DNA from: Azolla caroliniana
Lineage: Eukaryota; Plantae; Polypodiophyta
Assembly (NCBI GenBank): GCA_043228905.1
Contig: JBHGNT010000010.1
Span: forward strand, 496,001-560,000
Length of the DNA: 64,000 nt
Direction: 5' to 3'
Both the position numbers and the translations under genes were made by a program. Below the pieces are notes generated by a model. It searched no databases and was not told the origin of the DNA. It saw only the letters and a program-made list of their open reading frames with translations. Of this stretch, positions 54,801 to 64,000 are shown piece after piece (position 1 is the first letter of the stretch; the number at the start of each line of letters is the position of its first letter).

Positions 54801-57800
54801 ACGAGCAAGGCATGAACATTTTAATTTACTCACGGGCTCTTCTCAACTCCCTCTTCTAACTTACCAATTTCTTCATGTGTCTCGACCTGAGTTTCAAAAT
54901 CTTGATTTTTTAATTCTATATCATAGCTAGTGTTTTTAGCTTCGATTCGCATCTTTGAACACAAAAATCTGGGATCACACGAGCCAGGTATGAACATTTT
55001 AATTTACTCACGGGATCTTCTCAACTCCCTCTTCTAACTTGCCAATTTCTTCATGTCTCTCGAACTGAGTTTCAAAATCTCGATTTTTTTATTCTATATC
55101 ATAGCTAATGTTGTTAGCTTCGAGTCGCATCTTTGAACACAAAAATCCAATATCACACGAGCTAGGTTTGAACATTTTAATTTACTCACGCGCTCTTCTC
55201 AACTCCCTCTTCAAATTTGGTAATTTCTTCCTGTCTCTCGACCTGAGTTTTAATATCTCGATTTCTTAATTCCATATTATAGGTAGCGTTGTTAGCTTCG
55301 ATTCGCATCTTTGAACACGAAAATCTGATATCACACGAGCCAGGTATGAACATTTTAATTTACTCACGGGCTCTTCTCAACTCCCTCCTCAAATTTGGTA
55401 ATTTCTGCATGTTTCTCGACCTGAGTTTCAAAATCTCAATTTTTTAATTCTATATCATAGCTAGTGTTGTTAGCTTCAATTCGCATGTTTTAACACAAAA
55501 ATCAGGGATCACACGAGCCAGGTATGAACATTTTAATTTACTCACGCGCTCTTCTCAACTCCCTCTTCAAATTTGGTAATTTCTTCAAGTCTCTTGACCT
55601 GAATTTCAAACTTTCTATTTCTTAACTCCACATTATAGGTAGCGTTGTTAGCTTCGAATCGTATGTTTGAACACAAAAATCCGATATCACACGAGCCAGG
55701 TATGAACATTTTAATTTACTCACGCGCTCTTCTCAACTCCCTCCTCAAATTTGATAATTTCTTCATGTCTCTCGACCTGAGTTGCAAAACCTGGATTTTT
55801 TAATTCGATATCTGAGGTAGCGTTGTTAGCTTCGAATCGCATGTTTGAACACAAAAATCTGATATTACACGAGCCAGGTATGAAAATTTTAAATTAGTCA
55901 CGCGCTCTTCTCAACTCCCTCCTCGAATTTGGTAATTTCTTCATGTCTCGTGACCTGAGTTTCAAAATCATGATTTTTTAATTCTATATCATAGCTAGTG
56001 TTGTTAGCTTCAATTCGCATGTTTTAACACAAAAATCAGGGATCACACGAGCCAGGTATGAACATTTGAATTTAGTCACGCGCTCTTCTAAACTCCCTCC
56101 TCAAATTTGGTAATTTCTTCATGTCTCTCGACCTGAGTTTTAAAATCTTGATTTTTTAATTCCATATCATAGGTAGCGTTGTTAACTTCGATTCGCATCT
56201 TTGAACACAAAACTCTGGTATCACACGAGCCAGTTATGAATATTTTAAATTAGTCACGCGCTCTTCTCAACTCCCTCCTCGAATTTGGTAATTTCTTCAT
56301 GTCTCTCGACCTGAGTTTTAAAATCTTGATTTTTTAATTCCATATCATAGGTAGCGTTGTTAACTTCGATTCGCATCTTTGAACACAAAACTCTGGTATC
56401 ACAGGAGCCAGTTATGAATATTTTAAATTAGTCACGCGCTCTTCTCAACTCCCTCCTCGAATTTGGTAATTTCTTCATGTCTCGTGACCTGAGTTTCAAA
56501 ATCATGATTTTTTAATTCTATATCATAGCTAGTGTTGTTAGCGTCAATTCGCATGTTTTAATACAAAAATCAGGGATCACACGAGCCAGGTATGAACATT
56601 TGAATTTAGTCACACGCTCTTCTAAACTCCTTCCTCAAATTTGGTAATTTCTTCATGTCTCTCGACCTGAGTTTTAAAATCTTGATTTTTTAATTCCATA
56701 TTATAGGTAGCTTTGTTACCTTCGATTCGCATCTTTGAACACTAAAATCCGATATCACACGAGCCAGGTATGAACATTGTAATTTAGTCACGCGCTCTTC
56801 TCAACTCCCTCCTCAAATTTGGTAATTTCTGCATGTTTCTCGACCTGAGTTTCAAAATCTCAATATTTTAAGTCGAGATTATAGGTAGCCTTGTTACCTT
56901 CAATTCGCATCTTTGAACACTAAAATCCGATATGACACGGGCCAGGTATGAACATTTTAATTTACTCACGGGCTCTTCTTCATGTCTGTGGACCTGAGTT
57001 TAAAAATCTTGATTTTTTTATTCTATATCATAGCTAGTGTTGTTAGCTTCGATTCGCATCTTTGAACACAAAAATCCGGGATCACACGAGCCAGGTATGA
57101 ACATTTTAATTTACTCACGGGCTCTTCTCAACTCCCTCTTCTAACTTGCCAATTTCTTCATGTCTCTCGACCTGAGTTTCAAAATCTCGATTTTTTTATT
57201 CTATATCATATCTAGTGTTGTTAGCTTCGATTCGCATCTTTGAACACTAAAATCCGATATCACACGGGCCAGGTATGAACATTTTAATTTACTCACGGGC
57301 TCTTCTCAACTCCCTCTTCTAACTTGCCAATTTCTTCATGTCTCTCGACCTGAGTTTCAAAATCTCGATTTGTTAATTCCATATCATAGGTAGCATTGTT
57401 AGCTTCGAATCGCATGTTTGAACAGAAAAATCCGATATCACATGGGCCAGGAATGAACATTTTAATTTACTCATGGGCTCTTCTAAAATCCCTGTTCTAA
57501 CTTGCCAATTTCTTCATGTCCCTCGACATGAGTTTCAAAATGTTGATTTTTTTATTCTATATCATAGCTAGTGTTTTTAGCTTCGATTCGCATCTTTGAA
57601 CACAAAAATCCGGGATGACACGAGCAAGGCATGAACATTTTAATTTACTCACGGGCTCTTCTCAACTCCCTCTTCTAACTTACCAATTTCTTCATGTGTC
57701 TCGACCTGAGTTTCAAAATCTTGATTTTTTAATTCTATATCATAGCTAGTGTTTTTAGCTTCGATTCGCATCTTTGAACACAAAAATCTGGGATCACACG

Positions 57801-59569
57801 AGCCAGGTATGAACATTTTAATTTACTCACGGGATCTTCTCAACTCCCTCTTCTGACTTGCCAATTTCTTCATGTCTCTCGAACTGAGTTTCAAAATCTC
57901 GATTTTTTTATTCTATATCATAGCTAATGTTGTTAGCTTCGAGTCGCATCTTTGAACACAAAAATCCAATATCACACGAGCCAGGTTTGAACATTTTAAT
58001 TTACTCACGCGCTCTTCTCAACTCCCTCTTCAAATTTGGTAATTTCTTCCTGTCTCTCGACCTGAGTTTTAATATCTCGATTTCTTAATTCCATATTATA
58101 GGTAGCGTTGTTAGCTTCGATTCGCATCTTTGAACACGAAAATCTGATATCACACGAGCCAGGTATGAACATTTTAATTTACTCACGGGCTCTTCTCAAC
58201 TCCCTCCTCAAATTTGGTAATTTCTGCATGTTTCTCGACCTGAGTTTCAAAATCTCAATTTTTTAATTCTATATCATAGCTAATGTTGTTAGCTTCAATT
58301 CGCATGTTTTAACACAAAAATCAGGGATCACACGAGCCAGGTATGAACATTTTAATTTACTCACGCGCTCTTCTCAACTCCCTCTTCAAATATGGCAATT
58401 TCTTCATGTCTCTCGACCTGAGTTTCAAAATTTCTATTTCTTAATTCCATATTATAGGTAGCGTTGTTAGCTTTGAATCGCATCTTTGAACACAAAAATC
58501 CAATATCACACGAGCCAGGTATGAACATTTTAATTTACTCACGCGCTCTTCTCAACTCCCTCTTCAAATTTGGTAATTTCTTCATGTCTCTCGACCTGAG
58601 TTTCAAAATCTCGATTTTTTAATTCCATATTATAGGTAGCGTTGTTAGCTTCGATTTGCATCTTTGAACACGAAAATCCGATATCACACGACCCAGGTAT
58701 GAACATTTTAATTTACTCACGCGCTCTTCTCAACTCCGTCTTCATTCGATTTGCATCTTTGAACACGAAAATCCGGGATCACACGAGCAAGGCATGAACA
58801 TTTTAATTTACTCACGGGCTCTTCTCAACTCCCTCTTCTAACTTACCAATTTCTTCATGTGTCTCGACCTGAGTTTCAAAATCTTGATTTTTTAATTCTA
58901 TATCATAGCTAGTGTTTTTAGCTTCGATTCGCATCTTTGAACACAAAAATCTGGGATCACACGAGCCAGGTATGAACATTTTAATTTACTCACGGGATCT
59001 TCTCAACTCCCTCTTCTAACTTGCCAATTTCTTCATGTCTCTCGAACTGAGTTTCAAAATCTCGATTTTTTTATTCTATATCATAGCTAATGTTGTTAGC
59101 TTCGAGTCGCATCTTTGAACACAAAAATCCAATATCACACGAGCTAGGTTTGAACATTTTAATTTACTCACGCGCTCTTCTCAACTCCCTCTTCAAATTT
59201 GGTAATTTCTTCCTGTCTCTCGACCTGAGTTTTAATATCTCGATTTCTTAATTCCATATTATAGGTAGCGTTGTTAGCTTCGATTCGCATCTTTGAACAC
59301 GAAAATCTGATATCACACGATCCAGGTATGAACATTTTAATTTACTCACGGGCTCTTCTCAACTCCCTCCTCAAATTTGGTAATTTCTGCATGTTTCTCG
59401 ACCTGAGTTTCAAAATCTCAATTTTTTAATTCTATATCATAGCTAGTGTTGTTAGCTTCAATTCGCATGTTTTAACACAAAAATCAGGGATCACACGAGC
59501 CAGGTATGAACATTTTAATTTACTCACGCGCTCTTCTCAACTCCCTCTTCAAATTTGGTAATTTCTTCA
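51840..59569. repeat. Higher-order duplication, 3,982-bp unit of 23 monomers, about 1.94 copies
   Basis: Markers at offset 3,982: TCTGATATTAC 51876/55858; 29-bp deletion 52994/56976; CCGTCTTCATTCGATTT junction G at 54756/58738. 23x178 - 29 - 83 = 3982. Confidence 0.92.
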
Positions 59570-62070
59570 TGTCTCTCGACCTGAGTTTCAAAATTTCTAT
59601 TTCTTAATTCCATATTATAGGTAGCGTTGTTAGCTTTGAATCGCTGGTAATTTCTGCATGTTTCTCGACCTGAGTTTCAAAATCTCAATTTTTTAAGTCG
59701 AGATTATAGGTAGCCTTGTTACCTTCAATTCGCATCTTTGAACAGTAAAATCCGATATGACACGGGCCAGGTATGAACATTTTAATTTACTCACGGGCTC
59801 TTCTTCATGTCTCTCGACCTGAGTTTAAAAATCTTGATTTTTTTATTCTGTTGTTAGCTAGTGTTGTTAGCTTCGATTCGCATCTTTGAACACAAAAATC
59901 CGGGATCACACGAGCCAGGTATGAACATTTTAATTTACTCACGGGCTCTTCTCAACTCCCTCTTCTAATTTGCCAATTTCTTCATGTCTCTCGACCTGAG
60001 TTTCAAAATCTCGATTTTTCTATTCTATATCATATCTAGTGTTGTTAGCTTCGATTCGCATCTTTGAAAACTAAAATCCGATATCACACGGGCCAGGTAT
60101 GAACATTTTAATTTACTCACGGGCTCTTCTCAACTCCCTCTTCTAACTTGCCAATTTCTTCATGTCTCTCGACCTGAGTTTCAAAATCTCGATTTGTTAA
60201 TTCCATATCATAGGTAGGATTGTTAGCTTCGAATCGCATGTTTGAACAGAAAAATCCGATATCACATGGGCCAGGAATGAACATTTTAATTTACTCATGG
60301 GCTCTTCTAAAATCCCTGTTCTAACTTGCCAATTTCTTCATGTTCCTCGACATGAGTTTCAAAATCTTGATTTTTTTATTCTATATCATAGCTAGTGTTT
60401 TTAGCTTCGATTCGCATCTTTGAACACAAAAATCCGGGATCACACGAGCAAGGCATGAACATTTTAATTTACTCACGGGCTCTTCTCAACTCCCTCTTCT
60501 AACTTACCAATTTCTTCATGTGTCTCGACCTGAGTTTCAAAATCTTGATTTTTTAATTCTATATCATAGCTAGTGTTTTTAGCTTCGATTCGCATCTTTG
60601 AACACAAAAATCTGGGATCACACGAGCCAGGTATGAACATTTTAATTTACTCACGGGATCTTCTCAACTCCCTCTTCTAACTTGCCAATTTCTTCATGTC
60701 TCTCGAACTGAGTTTCAAAATCTCGATTTTTTTATTCTATATCATAGCTAATGTTGTTAGCTTCGAGTCGCATCTTTGAACACAAAAATCCAATATCACA
60801 CGAGCCAGGTTTGAACATTTTAATTTACTCACGCGCTCTTCTCAACTCCCTCTTCAAATTTGGTAATTTCTTCCTGTCTCTCGACCTGAGTTTTAATATC
60901 TCGATTTCTTAATTCCATATTATAGGTAGCATTGTTAGCTTCGATTCGCATCTTTGAACACGAAAATCTGATATCACACGAGCCAGGTATGAACATTTTA
61001 ATTTACTCACGGGCTCTTCTCAACTCCCTCCTCAAATTTGGTAATTTCTGCATGTTTCTCGACCTGAGTTTCAAAATCTCAATTTTTTAATTCTATATCA
61101 TAGCTAGTGTTGTTAGCTTCAATTCGCATGTTTTAACACAAAAATCAGGGATCACACGAGCCAGGTATGAACATTTTAATTTACTCACGCGCTCTTCTCA
61201 ACTCCCTCTTCAAATTTGGTAATTTCTTCATGTCTCTCGACCTAAGTTTCAAAAGTTCTATTTCTTAATTTCATATTATAGGTAGCGTTGTTAGCTTTGA
61301 ATCGCATCTTTGAACACAAAAATCCAATATCACACGAGCCAGGTATGAACATTTTAATTTACTCACGCGCTCTTCTCAACTCCCTCTTCAAATTTGGTAA
61401 TTTCTTCATGTCTCTCGACCTGAGTTTCAAAATCTCGATTTTTTAATTCCATATTATAGGTAGTGTTGTTAGCTTCGATTCGCATCTTTGAACACAAAAA
61501 TCCAATATCACACGAGCCAGGTATGAACATTTTAATTTCTTCATGTCTCTCGACCTGAGTTTCAAAATCTCGATTTTTTAATTCCATATCATAGGTAGCA
61601 TTGTTAGCTTCGAATCGCATGTTTGAACAGAAAAATCCGATATTACATGGGCCAGGAATGAACATTTTAATTTACTCACGGACTCTTCTCAACTCCCTGT
61701 TCTAACCTGCCAATTTCTTCATGTCTCTCGAACTGAGTTTCAAAATCTTGATTTTTTTATTCTATATCATAGCTAGTGTTGTTAGCTTCGATTCGCATTT
61801 TTAAACACAAAAATCTGGTCTCACACGAGCCAGGTATGAAAATTTTAAATTAGTCACGGGCTCTTCTCAACTCCCTCCTGAAATTTGGTAATTTCTTCAT
61901 GTCTCTCGACCTGAGTTTCAAAATCTTGATTTTTTAATTCCATATCATAGGTAGCGTTTTTAGCTTCGATTCGCATGTTTGAACACAGAAATCCGGGATC
62001 ACACGAGCCAGGTATGAACATTTTTAATTTCTTCATGTCTCTCGACTTGAGTTTCAAAACCTTCATTTTT

Positions 62071-64000
62071 ATTCACGCGCTCTTCTCAACTCCCTCTTCA
62101 AATTTGGTAATTTCTTTATGTCTCTCGACCTGAGTTTCAAAATCTCGATTTTTTAATTCCATATTATAGGTAGCGTTGTTAGCTTCGATTCGCATCTTTG
62201 AACACAAAAATCCGATATCACACGAGCCAGGTATGAACATTTTAATTTAGTCACGCGCTCTTCTCAACTCCCTCCTCGAATTTGGTAATTTCTTCATGTC
62301 TCTCGACCTGAGTTTCAAAATCTTGAATTTTTATTCCATATCATAGGTAGTGTTGTTAGCTTTGAATCACATGTTTGAACACAAAAATTCGATATCACAC
62401 GAGCCAGGTATGAACATTTTAATTGACTCACGCACTCTTCTCAACTCCCTCTTCTAACTTGCCAATTTCTTCATGTCTCTCGACCTGAGTTTCAAAATCT
62501 CGATTTTTTAATTCCATATTATATGTAGAGTTTTTAGCTTCGATTCGCATCTTTGAACACTAAAATCCGATATCACATGGGCCAGGTATGAAAATTTTAA
62601 TTTACTCACCGGCTCTTCTCAAGTCCCTCCTCAAATTTGGTAATTTCATGTCTCTAGACATGAGTTTCAAAATCTGGATTTTTTGATTCTATATCATAGC
62701 TAGTGTTGTTAGCTTCGATTTGCATGTTTTAACACAAAAATCCGGGATCACACGAGCCAGGTATGAACATTTTAATTTACTCACGAGCTCTTCTCAACTC
62801 CCTCTTCAAATTTGGTAATTTCTTCATATCTCTCGACCTGAGTTTCAAAATTTCGGTTTTTTAATTCCATATCATAGGTAGCGTTGTTATCTTCGAATGA
62901 CATGTGTGAACACAAAAATCCGGGATCACACGAACCATGTATGAACATTTTAATTTACTCACGGGCTCTTCTCAACTCCCTCTTCTAACTTACCAATTTC
63001 TTCATGTGTCTCGACCTGAGTTTCAAAATCTTGATTTTTTAATTCCATATCATAGGCAGCTTTGTTAGCTTCGATTCGCATGTTTGAACACAGAAATCCG
63101 GGATCACACGAGCCAGGTATGAACATTTTAATTTAGTCACGCGCTCTTCTCAACTCCCTCCTCGAATTTGGTAATTTCTTCATGTCTCGAGACCTGAGTT
63201 TCAAAATCATGACCTTTTAATTCCATATCATAGCTAGTGTTGTTAGCTTCGATTCGCATCTTTGAACACTAAAATCCGAGATCACATGGGCCAGGAATGA
63301 AAATTTTAATGTACTCACGGGCTCTTCTCAACTCCCTCTTCAAATTTGGTAATTTCTTCATGTCTCTTGACGTGAGTTTCAAAATCTCGATTTTTTAATT
63401 CCAAATCATAGGTAGCATTTTTAGTTTCGATTCCCATGTTTGAACACAAAAATCCGATATTACACGAGACAGGTATGAACATTTTAATTTACTCACGCGC
63501 TCTTCTCAACTCCCTCCTCAAATTTGATAATTTCTTCATGTCTCTCGACCTGAGTTTCAAAATCTGGATTTTTTAATTCTATATCTTAGGTAGTGTTGTT
63601 AGTTTCAAATCGCATGTTTGAACACAAAAATCCGAGATCACACGAGCCAGGTATGAACATTTTAATTTACTCTCGCGCTCTTCTCAACTCCCTCCTCAAT
63701 TTTGGTAATTTCTTCATGTCTCTCGACCTGAGTTTCAAAATCTTGATTTTTTAATTCTATATCATAGCTAGCATTGTTAACTTCGATTCGCAGCTTTGAA
63801 CACAAAAATCCGGGATCACACGAGCCAGGTATGAACATTTTAATTTACTCACGCGCTCTTCTCAACTCCCTCTTCTAACTTGCCAATTTCTTCATGTCTC
63901 TTGACCTGAGTTTCAAAATTTCTATTTCTTAACTCCACATTATAGGTAGCGTTGTTAGCTTCGAATCGCATGTTTGAACACAAAAATCCGATATCACACG
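62071..64000. repeat. Distant copy of block 20762-22691 (offset 41,309 bp)
   Basis: CAAGTCCCTC at 21311/62620 and CTCTCGCGCT at 22361/63670; same order of variant monomers, including junctions absent from the 5,840-bp HOR. Confidence 0.88.

Larger units (their letters stand above)
1..64000. repeat. 178-bp satellite DNA tandem array, head-to-tail, single orientation, about 360 monomers, running off both window edges
   Basis: CTTCATGTCTCTCGAC recurs at 1, 179, 357 (period 178) and the same monomer continues to base 64000 with substitutions and occasional indels; no unique sequence seen. Confidence 0.99.

Noticed and set aside
1379-62066. All 19 ORFs in the six-frame track (61-100 aa)
   Set aside because: Each is a translation of 1-2 satellite monomers where a substitution or deletion removed a stop; they recur with the HOR period and show no gene context or recognisable domain.
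1-64000. CRISPR-like repeat/spacer array
   Set aside because: No unique spacers: the whole 178 bp is homologous between units, and there are no cas genes.
1-64000. 5S rDNA, tRNA or snRNA tandem gene array
   Set aside because: No recognisable 5S, tRNA or snRNA sequence or Pol III internal boxes; indels are tolerated throughout the monomer.
1-64000. Transposon insertion, inversion or telomeric repeats within the array
   Set aside because: None seen: every non-consensus junction resolves to same-strand satellite sequence on both sides.

Overview
The whole 64 kb window is one uninterrupted, single-orientation tandem array of a 178-bp satellite (about 360 monomers; a hand-built consensus is about 39% GC). 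Consensus: CTTCATGTCTCTCGACCTGAGTTTCAAAATCTTGATTTTTTAATTCCATATCATAGGTAGCGTTGTTAGCTTCGATTCGCATGTTTGAACACAAAAATCCGGGATCACACGAGCCAGGTATGAACATTTTAATTTACTCACGCGCTCTTCTCAACTCCCTCCTCAAATTTGGTAATTT. It looks like eukaryotic (peri)centromeric or heterochromatic satellite, plausibly plant, but I do not recognise the family and cannot assign function. I see no genes, RNA genes, transposons, CRISPR array or inversions; all listed ORFs are chance read-throughs of monomers. The information is in the higher-order structure: three domains with different monomer variants, a very young 33-monomer 5,840-bp higher-order repeat (HOR) in about 4 copies (25.8-49.6 kb), a 23-monomer 3,982-bp duplication (51.8-59.6 kb), smaller nested duplications, a block repeated 41,309 bp apart, microhomology-bounded deletions, a short conversion-like patch and two template-switch-like mutations. 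I found no evidence of a novel gene-based system. All comparisons were made by eye, so boundaries are approximate.
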